A DNA stretch of 51,437 nucleotides from positions 1 through 51,437 of the forward strand of contig JAHIYJ010000021.1 in NCBI GenBank assembly GCA_018814825.1. The letters run 5' to 3'. Both the position numbers and the translations under genes were made by a program. This DNA comes from Candidatus Omnitrophota bacterium. Lineage in GTDB: Bacteria > Omnitrophota > Gorgyraeia > Gorgyraeales > Gorgyraeaceae. How positions within the stretch are numbered: the first letter of the stretch is position 1; every line of letters begins with the position of its first letter. The notes beneath the pieces are model-generated. The model was given only the letters and a program-made list of their open reading frames with translations. It did no database searches and had not been told where the DNA came from. This document shows positions 8,374-17,491 of this stretch, one piece after another.

Positions 8374-9497
8374 AACACGGCAAGATTTTTGTAGCAGCGA
8401 CCAGGCAGAATGACGGCAAGACCACGGTATCGCTGGGGCTTATACACGCCTTTAAAAAAAGATTCAAAGGGGTGGGGTTCATAAAACCTGTCGGGCAAAG
8501 GTATGTCATAGAACATGGGTATAAAGCGGACGAGGATTCCGTTCTCATAGAAAAGGTCTGCGGCATAAGGTCCCGCCTTAAGGACATGAGCCCTGTCGCC
8601 ATAGAACGGGGCTTCACGGAAAAATACATAAAAAAAGGCAGCTCCGAAGTATTGGCGCACGACATCAAGGCCTCATTCGAGCGCGTATCAAGGCATAAAG
8701 AGCTTATAGTAATAGAGGGCACAGGCCACGCGGGCGTCGGCTCCGTGTTTGACCTCTCGAATGCCAAGGTAGCGAAGCTCTTAGGCGCTAAAGTCATATT
8801 GGTCACCTCAGGTGGGATAGGCAAACCCATAGACGAGATAGAGCTGAACCGCGCGCTGTTCGAGAAAGAAGGTGTTGAAGTGATCGGCGTTATCGTAAAT
8901 AAAGTCCTGACAGCAAAGTACGATAAAATCAAGAAAATTATAAATCTCGGATTTAAAAGAAAAGGTATCGATGTCCTGGGCATAATACCCTACACTCCAC
9001 TCTTGTCCATGCCCATGATACAGGATATCCTGGAAGAAACAGATATAGAGCTTATATCGAAAAAAGTAGGAATGCGCAACAGGGTGCAGAACATACTCGT
9101 AGGGGCCATGGAGCCGCACGATGCCCTGGACTACATAGAAAACGGCACATTACTGATAACCCCGGGAGATAGGGAAGATATGCTGATGACCATTCTCAGT
9201 GCGCACCTGCTTAAAAAACCAAAAAAAGATGTCTTCATATCAGGCATTGTCCTTACAGGAGGAATAGTCCCCAACAAAAAAATAATGATGCTTATAGAAA
9301 AGGCCAGGATACCTGTCCTCCTCAGCCAGAAGCACACATACAAGGCGGCCTCACAGATACACGACCTTGCCATAAAGATAACACCCGAAGACAGGGATAA
9401 GACTCAAATGGCCGCTAAGCTGGTCGAGAAATATGTGAATATAGACGAGTTGCTTAAGAAAATCTCCAAAAAAGGAGGTCAAATATGTTCGGCATAG
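8358..9497 (+). CDS. Stand-alone BioD-like/DRTGG protein (Pta N-terminal region without the catalytic domain)
   Basis: DGKTT P-loop, [20 protein letters not shown] and VLTGG motifs; no Pta C-terminal domain. Confidence 0.85.
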   Translation: MGKKIKHGKIFVAATRQNDGKTTVSLGLIHAFKKRFKGVGFIKPVGQRYVIEHGYKADEDSVLIEKVCGIRSRLKDMSPVAIERGFTEKYIKKGSSEVLAHDIKASFERVSRHKELIVIEGTGHAGVGSVFDLSNAKVAKLLGAKVILVTSGGIGKPIDEIELNRALFEKEGVEVIGVIVNKVLTAKYDKIKKIINLGFKRKGIDVLGIIPYTPLLSMPMIQDILEETDIELISKKVGMRNRVQNILVGAMEPHDALDYIENGTLLITPGDREDMLMTILSAHLLKKPKKDVFISGIVLTGGIVPNKKIMMLIEKARIPVLLSQKHTYKAASQIHDLAIKITPEDRDKTQMAAKLVEKYVNIDELLKKISKKGGQICSA

Positions 9498-9646
9498 GCA
9501 TGCCAGAATTAGTCCTAATACTTCTTATATGCCTGCTTGTGTTCGGGGCGGCAAAGCTTCCTGAGATAGCGAGAAACCTCGGAAAAGGCATAAAGGAATT
9601 CAAAAAAGAGATGAAGGGCGGCGAAAAAGAAAAAAAGGAACAGTAA
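9485..9646 (+). CDS. tatA: Twin-arginine translocase subunit TatA (missing from the ORF track)
   Basis: [41 protein letters not shown]; AGGAGG SD. Confidence 0.95.
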   Translation: MFGIGMPELVLILLICLLVFGAAKLPEIARNLGKGIKEFKKEMKGGEKEKKEQ

Positions 9647-9669
9647 GCGCAAAAACTGCCTGATATTCC

Positions 9670-9698
9670 TTGACAACTGCCCTGAATTTGTATAAAAT
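9670..9698 (+). promoter_or_regulatory. Sigma70 promoter of rpsU
   Basis: TTGACA-17 nt-TAAAAT. Confidence 0.8.
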
Positions 9699-9744
9699 GC
9701 CCTTACTCTAATTAACCAATAGGCTTAAAGGGGTGATAAATAAT

Positions 9745-9921
9745 ATGTCTAGAATAGAGATCACGCCGGGCGAACCTTTGGAAAAGGCCCTCAGGCGCTT
9801 CAAGAAAAAAATAGAGCGCGAAGGGACCCTCAAACAGTTAAAGGCGCGCAAGCATTACGAAAAACCAAGCGAGAAAAAAAGAAGAAAACAGAGGACTGCC
9901 AAGTCCGGTAAATCCAGATAA
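9745..9921 (+). CDS. rpsU: 30S ribosomal protein S21
   Basis: EPLEKALRRFKK...RKHYEKPSEKKRRK. Confidence 0.96.
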   Translation: MSRIEITPGEPLEKALRRFKKKIEREGTLKQLKARKHYEKPSEKKRRKQRTAKSGKSR

Positions 9922-9923
9922 CA

Positions 9924-9957
9924 TTTACCCCGCCGGCCGTCCTTAAGGCGGGGTAAA
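9924..9957. repeat. 11-bp hairpin (ACCCCGC...GCGGGGT type) after rpsU
   Basis: TTTACCCCGCC-12 nt-GGCGGGGTAAA; no + strand T-tract. Confidence 0.6.
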
Positions 9958-9971
9958 AATAACAAAGCCCA

Positions 9972-12566
9972 ATGCCCAAGATAAGAAAAAGCGTCTTTAT
10001 ATACATCTTGGTTTTTTTTATTTTAGAGGCCTTTGTACTGCCTCGGTCATCCAGGGCCCAGACTGTAAACAGGCTGGATAACGGATTACGCGTAATAGTC
10101 AAAGAAGACCACAAAAACCCGATCGTGGTCTTTTCTGTTTTTCTGAGGGTCGGGTCTGCTTATGAAGGGCGATATCTTGGCAGCGGGATAAGCCATCTCA
10201 TAGAGCATATGCTATTCAAGGGCACCAAAAAATATCCCAGGCTCGCCATTGAGGAGACGCTAAACAAGTATGGCGGCAAGATAGACGGCTTCACCACTTT
10301 TGACTACACGGGATACAGGATAACGATACTGAGAGAACATGCCGATATCGCGATCGACATATTAAAGGAGATGCTCACCTCCCCGGTTTTTGACCCCGGA
10401 GAATTAAAGAAAGAAAAAGAAGTAATAAAAAGGGAGATGGACCTCTCGAAGGATGACCCCGCGAAGCGCCTTTCCAGGTTGACCTTTTCCAGCGCCTATA
10501 TCGTTCATCCATACCGCGTCCCTGTCATAGGCTACAGGGAAAACTTTGACAGGCTGGGACAGAAAGACCTTATTGATTTTTTCAAGGAAAACTACACCCC
10601 TGAAAAAATGGTGTTCTCGGTTGTCGGGGATATCGACGCGGAAGAGATCTCCGGAAAAATCCGGGAAAGTTTCGGGACGATCCCCAGGGGTAACAACAAT
10701 ATCCCTGTATTGCCCGAAGAACCGAGGCAGGCGGCGGAGAAACGCGTGGAAGAGGCCATTGACATAGACGGCGCTTATCTTAATATCGCGTTCCATTCAG
10801 CCGCTTTCACAGCCCAGGACCTGTATGAGCTTGACCTTTTGTCTTTTATACTCGGACAGGGCGAGAGTTCTGTCCTGAACAAAAAGATACGCCTGGAACA
10901 GGGGCTTGCATTGTCTATCTCGTCATATAATTACACGCCCAAATACCCTGGCCTCTTTGTTATTTCAAGCGTGCTAAAAGAGAATAAGGCCGCGGAAGCG
11001 CTTGTCGCTATACTGAAGGAACTCGAAAAGGTTAAGCAGACGGGCGTACAGGAAGAAGAGCTCATCAGGGCTAAAAATAATTTCCTGGCCGGATATATAT
11101 ACCAGAAAGAGACCGTGGAATCGCAGGCCAACGATCTCGCTATAGGAGAATTATTGACGGGTGATCCGGGTTTCTTTGAGGCCTACATAGAACGCGTAAA
11201 ATCAGTGAGCGCCGATGAGATAAAGGCCGTTGCCGATAAATACCTGGATACGCGAAACATGACTGTGATCGCGTTAAGTAAATCAGGCAGCGTTATTGAG
11301 GGTAAAAAAGAAGCTGAAGAAGCTGCAGGGGACAGGAGTATCAAAAGGATAGAGCTAGAAAATAAGCTTCCCGTCTTGATATCGGAAAATCCGTCTCTCC
11401 CCATGGTATCAATAGCACTTCTCCTAAAAGGAGGGCTTTTATTGGAGAAGCCGGACAATAACGGCATCTCCATGTTAACCAGTCTTATGCTGATGGACGG
11501 CACGGACAATATGACCAGGGAAGACATCGCGCGGCTTTACGAGTCAAGAGGCATGGCCATAGGTACTTATTCGGCTAACAACAGTCTGGGGATCACCATA
11601 ACCTGCCTGAAAGAGCATACGGAGCTAGCCTTTGATATAGCATCCGAACTTTTCCGGAGATCCGTTTTTCCCGAGACAGAACTCCGCCGGGAAAAAGACG
11701 AGATGGTCTCGGCCATAGACATGCAGGATAACCGGCTCTTCAACCACGGCCACAGGCTCCTCAAGGAACTGCTTTTCAAAGCGCACCCCTACGGGCTCCA
11801 GGCAACCGGGACGCGCGGGAGCGTGGAGGGGCTTGAAAGAGAGGACGTGGTTGACTTCTTTGATGCCGTACTGAGGCCGGACAATATGGTGTTGGGCGTG
11901 TGCGGCGACTGTGAGACAGGTGACATACAGGCCCTGGCTGAAAAATATTTCTCAAATATCCAGGCTGGAAAACCGGGATTGCCTCTGCCTGAACAGGATC
12001 CCCTGGAACAGGGCGTAAAAGAAAAAACAGCCGAGACGCAGAAAGAGCAGTCTCTTGTCCTTTACGGTTTTCGGGGTATAGACGTATATGATAAAAACAG
12101 GTACGCGGCGGAAGTCATGGTAGACATGCTGTCCATGGAATCAGGAGTACTGTTTAAAAGCATACGCGAGCGGGAAGGGCTCGCCTACGCCACCGGGGCC
12201 TTCCTGGTCATGGGACTCGAACCGGGCCACATAGCCGTCTACGCCTTGACCTCCAGAGAAAATATAGCCAAAGTCAAAGGTATCATATCGAAAGAAATAA
12301 AGGCTTTTCTCAGGCAAGGCGCCACGGAGCAGGAGCTGGAAAAGACAAAAAACCATCTAAAGGCGATGCGGCGGATAGACACGCAGACGAACTCCAGCTT
12401 TATATTCAACGCCTCTATAGACGAACTCTACGGCCTGGGTTATAATAATTACAAAGGGTATGACAACAATATAGATGCTGTTACTCTTAAGGACGTAAAG
12501 GACATCGCTAACAGGCTCCTGAGGCTGGACAAATGCGCTATCGTGCTCATGAAAGGCAAAGACTGA
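9972..12566 (+). CDS. M16 family zinc peptidase (PqqL-like, four subdomains, exported)
   Basis: Signal peptide, LDNGL, HLIEH (inverted zincin), IREREGLAY in the inactive C-terminal half. Confidence 0.92.
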   Translation: MPKIRKSVFIYILVFFILEAFVLPRSSRAQTVNRLDNGLRVIVKEDHKNPIVVFSVFLRVGSAYEGRYLGSGISHLIEHMLFKGTKKYPRLAIEETLNKYGGKIDGFTTFDYTGYRITILREHADIAIDILKEMLTSPVFDPGELKKEKEVIKREMDLSKDDPAKRLSRLTFSSAYIVHPYRVPVIGYRENFDRLGQKDLIDFFKENYTPEKMVFSVVGDIDAEEISGKIRESFGTIPRGNNNIPVLPEEPRQAAEKRVEEAIDIDGAYLNIAFHSAAFTAQDLYELDLLSFILGQGESSVLNKKIRLEQGLALSISSYNYTPKYPGLFVISSVLKENKAAEALVAILKELEKVKQTGVQEEELIRAKNNFLAGYIYQKETVESQANDLAIGELLTGDPGFFEAYIERVKSVSADEIKAVADKYLDTRNMTVIALSKSGSVIEGKKEAEEAAGDRSIKRIELENKLPVLISENPSLPMVSIALLLKGGLLLEKPDNNGISMLTSLMLMDGTDNMTREDIARLYESRGMAIGTYSANNSLGITITCLKEHTELAFDIASELFRRSVFPETELRREKDEMVSAIDMQDNRLFNHGHRLLKELLFKAHPYGLQATGTRGSVEGLEREDVVDFFDAVLRPDNMVLGVCGDCETGDIQALAEKYFSNIQAGKPGLPLPEQDPLEQGVKEKTAETQKEQSLVLYGFRGIDVYDKNRYAAEVMVDMLSMESGVLFKSIREREGLAYATGAFLVMGLEPGHIAVYALTSRENIAKVKGIISKEIKAFLRQGATEQELEKTKNHLKAMRRIDTQTNSSFIFNASIDELYGLGYNNYKGYDNNIDAVTLKDVKDIANRLLRLDKCAIVLMKGKD

Positions 12567-12570
12567 CGCC

Positions 12571-13374
12571 ATGATAAGAAAACCTGTTGTCGCAGGCCAA
12601 TTTTATCCGCAGACAGAAGCGAGCCTTAAAAAAATGCTCGCGAGCCTGGTGGATACTGCTTCTGAAAAACAGGATGCGAAAGGCCTCATACTTCCTCATG
12701 CGGGTTATGTGTATTCAGGCCCGGTGGCCGGGGCAACGATCTCAAAAGTGGCTGTCAAGAAGACGGTCGTTATCCTTGGGGCCGACCATACAGGGTCAGG
12801 GAGTCCGTTCAGCGTGGCGAGGAAAGACAGCTGGCTCACCCCTCTCGGCGAAGTCAAAATAGACACCGAGATAGCCGAAGCCATACTAAGGTCAGGCGAC
12901 CTGCTGAAAGACGACAGCCAAAGCCACGCGAATGAACATTCAATAGAGGTGGAACTGCCGTTTTTGCAATACGTGAGGAGCGACGTAAAGATAGTGCCCA
13001 TAATCGTCTCAAGGGCCGACGTAAAAAAATACCAACAGCTAGCCGCTGATATAACCGAGGGCTTAAAAAAAGTCGGGCGTTCAGTCACCCTTGTCGCGAG
13101 CACTGATTTCACGCATTATGAGTCAAGGGAATCGGCCGAGGCGAAAGACAGACTTGCCATAGAGGCCATACTCTCGCTGGACGAGGAAAAGCTCTCCAGG
13201 GTAGTCCAGGAAAACAGGATATCGATGTGCGGCGCGGCTCCGACGTGCGTCCTTCTGGCCGCGTGTAAAAATATCGGCGCGAAACACGCCGGGCTTGTCA
13301 AGTACCAGACAAGCGGCGACATCACGGGCGATTATTCGTCCGTCGTCGGATACGCCGGGATGGTAATATGGTAA
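12571..13374 (+). CDS. amrB: MEMO1 family protein (AmmeMemoRadiSam protein B)
   Basis: RKPVVAGQFYP, PHAGYVYSG, EHSIEV.LPFLQ, STDFTHY, SMCG, SVVGYA. Confidence 0.93.
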   Translation: MIRKPVVAGQFYPQTEASLKKMLASLVDTASEKQDAKGLILPHAGYVYSGPVAGATISKVAVKKTVVILGADHTGSGSPFSVARKDSWLTPLGEVKIDTEIAEAILRSGDLLKDDSQSHANEHSIEVELPFLQYVRSDVKIVPIIVSRADVKKYQQLAADITEGLKKVGRSVTLVASTDFTHYESRESAEAKDRLAIEAILSLDEEKLSRVVQENRISMCGAAPTCVLLAACKNIGAKHAGLVKYQTSGDITGDYSSVVGYAGMVIW

Positions 13375-14333
13375 ATAAAAAAACTCTATCGATGGGCCTG
13401 CGTTTTATCGTGAGCTTCGGGCTTTTCGCGGCTCTCCTTTGGATAATGCGCAAAGACATAGGGGCTATAGGCTCGATACTGAAAAATTGCGACAAGTCTT
13501 TCCTGGCCGCGGCGCTTGCCATAAATATCTCTTCAGCGGTCCTTATGGGCCTGCGGTTAAAGTTGCTTCTGAAGGGCCAGAAAATAGTCATGGGCATAAA
13601 AGATACTGTCTACCTGACGTTTATCGGGTTCTTTTTCAATAATTTTCTGCCGACGGCCATAGGCGGGGACATTGCGAAGGCGTATTACACTTCAAAAAAA
13701 ACGGACAACAAGCTGGGGTCATACGCCGCGGTATTGTCTGACAGGCTTTTCGGGTTTATCGCGACTATGCTTATTGCCACCATAGGCCTTGTATTTATCG
13801 GGAGGACCCTGAACAATAACGCCCTGTATTACAGCATACTGGCTGTTTTTATAGCGTCCAGCGTAGTGACTTTTTTATTGCTTAACAGAAAAGCCGGACC
13901 GCAGATGTTCAGCGGGACCGGGATTGTCAGTAAAATAAAAGAGAAATTCTACCAGCTCTACGGCGCCATAAACCTGTACAGGGACCACCCTATCCTCCTG
14001 ATCAGGACCATGCTGTTGTCGATATTCATGCAGGTCTGCGCCATAGTCAGCATATATTTATTCGTGCTGTCCATCGGGGGGAATATGTCGCTGTTAAAGC
14101 TATTTCTGATAATCCCCCTTGTATGGGCCATAAGCATGATCCCTTCCATTAACGGCCTGGGTGTAAGAGAAGGGGCGTTTGTGTACTTTTTAAAGGCTGA
14201 CATAGGCCCCGAGAGGGCATTTACCATCTCTCTTTTGTGGCTCGGGGTGATAATAATCTATAGCATTGCTGGCGGTATACTGCATTTGATCTATCCGGTT
14301 AAGGTGAAGATAAGCGAAAACATGGAGGCGTAA
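13368..14333 (+). CDS. Lysylphosphatidylglycerol synthase TM / flippase-like membrane protein (UPF0104)
   Basis: Multiple TM segments, FNNFLPTAIGGD.AK and PSINGLGVREG motifs. Confidence 0.85.
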   Translation: MVNKKTLSMGLRFIVSFGLFAALLWIMRKDIGAIGSILKNCDKSFLAAALAINISSAVLMGLRLKLLLKGQKIVMGIKDTVYLTFIGFFFNNFLPTAIGGDIAKAYYTSKKTDNKLGSYAAVLSDRLFGFIATMLIATIGLVFIGRTLNNNALYYSILAVFIASSVVTFLLLNRKAGPQMFSGTGIVSKIKEKFYQLYGAINLYRDHPILLIRTMLLSIFMQVCAIVSIYLFVLSIGGNMSLLKLFLIIPLVWAISMIPSINGLGVREGAFVYFLKADIGPERAFTISLLWLGVIIIYSIAGGILHLIYPVKVKISENMEA

Positions 14334-14334
14334 C

Positions 14335-14490
14335 ATGATAGATAAGGAACTTCTCGAGATACTCGCGTGTCCCGCGTGCAAATCAGGGGTCGAGCTTAAG
14401 GATAATAAGATCTGCTGTACCGGATGTAAGAAAAAATATCCCATAAGAGAAGGCATACCCGTGATGCTGATAGAGGAAGCGGAGAATTAG
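14335..14490 (+). CDS. Trm112/YcaR family protein (missing from the ORF track)
   Basis: MIDKELLEILACPACK...YPIREGIPVMLIEEA; GGAGG SD. Confidence 0.92.
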   Translation: MIDKELLEILACPACKSGVELKDNKICCTGCKKKYPIREGIPVMLIEEAEN

Positions 14491-14546
14491 TTCGTAGCTC
14501 TTGGCTGGCAAGAATCCTATGAGCTATCAGCCATGAACTATGAACT
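14488..14546. repeat. Heptamer tandem repeats forming an imperfect hairpin
   Basis: ATGAGCT ATCAGCC ATGAACT ATGAACT, complementary to upstream TAGTTCG TAGCTCT TGGCTGG. Confidence 0.6.
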
Positions 14547-14560
14547 AAACTGGAGGACAT

Positions 14561-15001
14561 ATGAAAAAGATTCTAGTGATTCATGGGCCTAACCTGAACC
14601 TCCTGGGCAAAAGAGAACCTGAGATATACGGCAAGGTCACGATAGACCAGATCAACAAAAAATTAAAAGAGATTGCCGCGAAAAAAAAGGTAACTCTTGA
14701 GATATTCCAGTCAAATCATGAAGGCGAGATTGTTGACAGGATAGGCAAGGCCAAGAAGACATGCGCCGCCCTCCTGATCAATCCAGCCGCGTACACGCAT
14801 ACCAGTGTCGCCATACGCGACGCCATACTGGCCACTGATATACCGACTGTGGAGGTCCACCTCTCCAATATCTACTCCAGGGAAGATTTTAGGCATAACT
14901 CCCTTGTCGCGCCTGTCGCCAGGGGCCAGATATCCGGCTTTGGCCTGGATAGCTACGTCTATGGCCTGGAAGCGGCGATAAAACTGACAAAGGCCAGATA
15001 G
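14561..15001 (+). CDS. aroQ: Type II 3-dehydroquinate dehydratase
   Basis: [47 protein letters not shown]. Confidence 0.98.
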   Translation: MKKILVIHGPNLNLLGKREPEIYGKVTIDQINKKLKEIAAKKKVTLEIFQSNHEGEIVDRIGKAKKTCAALLINPAAYTHTSVAIRDAILATDIPTVEVHLSNIYSREDFRHNSLVAPVARGQISGFGLDSYVYGLEAAIKLTKAR

Positions 15002-15011
15002 CTTTAAAAAC

Positions 15012-16088
15012 ATGCGTTACCTAATCCGCCAGAAAAAACTAAGGGCCCTCTTGGCGTCAAACAGCCTTGACGCCTTGCTTGTCAGGAAAAGAGAGAATAT
15101 CTTTTACCTTACGGGTTCAAGAGGGGAAGACTCTGTCCTGGTAATAGCACGATCCGGGAATTTTGTCGTCACGGACGCCAGGTACGCCCTGGAATATAAA
15201 AAAAGCGCCGTAAACACCTCTATTGTAACAGCCGGCCCGGGTAGCGCCCTTCCGCGCGTTCGCTACATATTAAATAAGGCGCGCGCCAAGCGGGTAGGGT
15301 TTGAGGCCGATAGCCTTACTTATTCCGAATTTGCCGCGTTCAAAAAACAACTGAAAAAGGCCAGGCTAGTGCCAGCGAAAAAGCTGGTTGAGTCTTTGAG
15401 AATGATAAAAGACTCTTATGAGATAGGGCTTATCAAAAAGGCCTGTACTCATGGCTGCCGGACAATGGCCTATGGCCTGAGAAACCTCGCGGAGCCGCAT
15501 ACTGAGAAGTCCCTGAAAACAAAAATAGAGAGCTATATGCTGAAAAGAACTTTCTGGCCACCGAGCTTTGACCTTATAGTCGCCTCTGGCAAGAATTGTT
15601 CCATGCCGCACGCCGTCGCCACGGATAAGAAAATAAGAAAAGGGGAAATGGTCGTAATAGATTTAGGCGTAAGGAATTATGGTTACAATTCTGACTTGAC
15701 AAGGACGGTTTATTTAGGTAAAATTGAGCGCGAGTATTCCCGTGTATACAATATAGTACTTGGCGCTCAGAAAAAGGCCATAGACGGCATCAGACCGGGC
15801 GTTAGGGCAAGCTTTATAGATAGTATATCCAGGAAATATATAAGCGAGAAGGGACTTGGTGGGTATTTTGTTCATAGCCTTGGCCATGGGATCGGCCTGG
15901 AAACGCACGAGGCCCCGGGCCTTTCAGGCAGAAATAATACAGCGCTCAAGCCCGGGATGACTGTGACAGTTGAGCCGGCTGTTTACATACCAGGCTGGGG
16001 AGGCGTCAGGATCGAAGACGTTATATTGGTCACGAAGAACGGTTGCGAAATATTAACGGGAAGCAGCGGGAAGACATTATGCAGGTAG
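15012..16088 (+). CDS. pepQ: Xaa-Pro aminopeptidase (M24)
   Basis: YNSDLTRT, HSLGHGIGLETHE, TVEP, GVRIED. Confidence 0.93.
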   Translation: MRYLIRQKKLRALLASNSLDALLVRKRENIFYLTGSRGEDSVLVIARSGNFVVTDARYALEYKKSAVNTSIVTAGPGSALPRVRYILNKARAKRVGFEADSLTYSEFAAFKKQLKKARLVPAKKLVESLRMIKDSYEIGLIKKACTHGCRTMAYGLRNLAEPHTEKSLKTKIESYMLKRTFWPPSFDLIVASGKNCSMPHAVATDKKIRKGEMVVIDLGVRNYGYNSDLTRTVYLGKIEREYSRVYNIVLGAQKKAIDGIRPGVRASFIDSISRKYISEKGLGGYFVHSLGHGIGLETHEAPGLSGRNNTALKPGMTVTVEPAVYIPGWGGVRIEDVILVTKNGCEILTGSSGKTLCR

Positions 16089-16639
16089 ACATCAATCAGA
16101 TAAAAAAAGGGCACGCGGTAGATCTCGGAGGGGAAGTATACTACGTCATAGACCGTCAGCATGTCAAGCCGGGGAAAGGCGGGGCTTTTGTGCGCCTGAA
16201 GCTAAAGAACGTAAAACTGGGCACCGTAGTGGACAGGACGCTGAGATCGGGCGAAAAAATGGAGATGGTGTATATAGAAAAGAAAAACATCCAGTACCTG
16301 TATTCTTCCCACGACATGTACGAATTCATGGACCGCGATACATTTGACCAGATATCCCTTCGTAAGGATCAGCTCGGGGAAGTCATAAATTACCTGAAGG
16401 AAAATATTGAGGTTACAGCCCTTGTGTATAATAAAAAAGTGATAGCGCTTGAACCGTCTATCTTTGTGGACATGAAAATAGCGTCCACAGAACCAGGCAT
16501 AAGGGGTGACACGTCAAGGGCCGGCAACAAACCCGCTGTAACCGAGACAGGGATGAATATCATTGTGCCTCTTTTTATCAATAAGGGTGACGTAGTGCGC
16601 GTAGATACTAGGACAAAAGAATACACAGGCCGGGTCTAA
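16079..16639 (+). CDS. efp: Elongation factor P
   Basis: HVKPGKGGAFVR, PGIRGDT, VPLFINKGD.VRVDTR; likely start ATG 16079. Confidence 0.98.
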   Translation: MQVDINQIKKGHAVDLGGEVYYVIDRQHVKPGKGGAFVRLKLKNVKLGTVVDRTLRSGEKMEMVYIEKKNIQYLYSSHDMYEFMDRDTFDQISLRKDQLGEVINYLKENIEVTALVYNKKVIALEPSIFVDMKIASTEPGIRGDTSRAGNKPAVTETGMNIIVPLFINKGDVVRVDTRTKEYTGRV

Positions 16640-16640
16640 G

Positions 16641-16695
16641 TGAGGACATAAGTTACGGAAATCTTTAATTTCCGTAACTTATCCGTCCGAACTTA
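16641..16695. repeat. 55-nt REP-like element, copy 1 (15-bp perfect hairpin)
   Basis: TGAGGAC-ATAAGTTACGGAAAT/ATTTCCGTAACTTAT-..GTCCGAACTTA. Confidence 0.85.
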
Positions 16696-16780
16696 CCCCG
16701 TACCTTTTTGGTATTTGAATAAACTTGGGCTTTTGTAGCGAGCAGTTCAAAAGACGATGAATATATAAAAGGTGCGGGGT
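16695..16780. repeat. 86-nt MITE-like element with 14-bp terminal inverted repeats
   Basis: ACCCCGTACCTTTT ... AAAAGGTGCGGGGT (one wobble); internal CTTTTG/CAAAAG stem. Confidence 0.65.
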
Positions 16781-16815
16781 TAATTCGCACCTTCAAAGAA
16801 GAGAATCAAAGGAGA

Positions 16816-16850
16816 TGTAGTTACGAAAATCTCTGATTTTCGTAACTACA
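16816..16850. repeat. REP-like hairpin, copy 2 (16-bp perfect stem)
   Basis: TGTAGTTACGAAAATC-tct-GATTTTCGTAACTACA. Confidence 0.85.
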
Positions 16851-16874
16851 GTGCTCATTAAAAGGAGCCTCGCC

Positions 16875-17336
16875 ATGAATTTAAAAGAGCTTAAAGAGTT
16901 GATCAACCTGATGAACGAAAACGACCTTTCAGAGCTGGAGATCGAACGGGAAGGGGCAAAGATACGGATAAAAAAGTCTTTGTCCGGGAAATTCGAAGCT
17001 GTTTCCGAAGAGCCCGGCGCGAGAAGAGTAGTTGAGACCATAAGGCCCGATGTCTCTTCAGGGGCCGCGAAGACAGAAGCGGCTCCGGACAAGAAACTGG
17101 TTGCCATAAACGCCCCGATGGTAGGTACCTTTTACAGGTCGCCTTCCCCGGAAACCAAGCCTTATGTGGAAATCGGCCAGCAGATTGAGGTCGACCAGAC
17201 AGTATGCATTATCGAGGCCATGAAGCTGATGAATGAGATAAAATCAGAGATAAAAGGCAAGATAATGGAGGTAATAGCAGAAAGCGCCGCACCCGTAGAA
17301 TACGGCCAAGCCCTGTTCATGGTAGAACCGGCATAA
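16875..17336 (+). CDS. accB: Acetyl-CoA carboxylase biotin carboxyl carrier protein
   Basis: APMVGTFYRSPSP, EAMKLMNEI biotinylation motif; SD AAGGAG before ATG 16875. Confidence 0.98.
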   Translation: MNLKELKELINLMNENDLSELEIEREGAKIRIKKSLSGKFEAVSEEPGARRVVETIRPDVSSGAAKTEAAPDKKLVAINAPMVGTFYRSPSPETKPYVEIGQQIEVDQTVCIIEAMKLMNEIKSEIKGKIMEVIAESAAPVEYGQALFMVEPA

Positions 17337-17347
17337 ATTAATAGTAA

Positions 17348-17434
17348 GTCATTGGAGGGAGCCTTGCCGAAGGCGGGCGACCGAAGCAATCTTAGAGATC
17401 CTGAGGATGCTCCTCTTAGTTGCATCCTCAGGAT
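17348..17434. repeat. GTCAT...CGAAGCAATC-type palindromic element with a 13-bp hairpin
   Basis: GTCATTGGAGGGAGCC..GCGACCGAAGCAATC then ATCCTGAGGATGC/GCATCCTCAGGAT. Confidence 0.6.
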
Positions 17435-17488
17435 AAATTCGGACATACGACTTACGAAAATCTTTGATTTTCGTAAGTCGTGTCCTCA
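17434..17488. repeat. 55-nt REP-like element, copy 3 (16-bp perfect hairpin)
   Basis: TAAATTCGGAC..ACGACTTACGAAAATC/GATTTTCGTAAGTCGT-GTCCTCA; flanks are the reverse complement of the copy 1 flanks. Confidence 0.85.
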
Positions 17489-17491
17489 GTT

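Noticed and set aside
12571-13374. Complete AmmeMemoRadiSam system
   Set aside because: Only the MEMO1 component is here; dispersal of these genes is common.
16641-17488. CRISPR array
   Set aside because: Repeats are non-identical, irregularly spaced, separated by a gene, and there are no cas genes.
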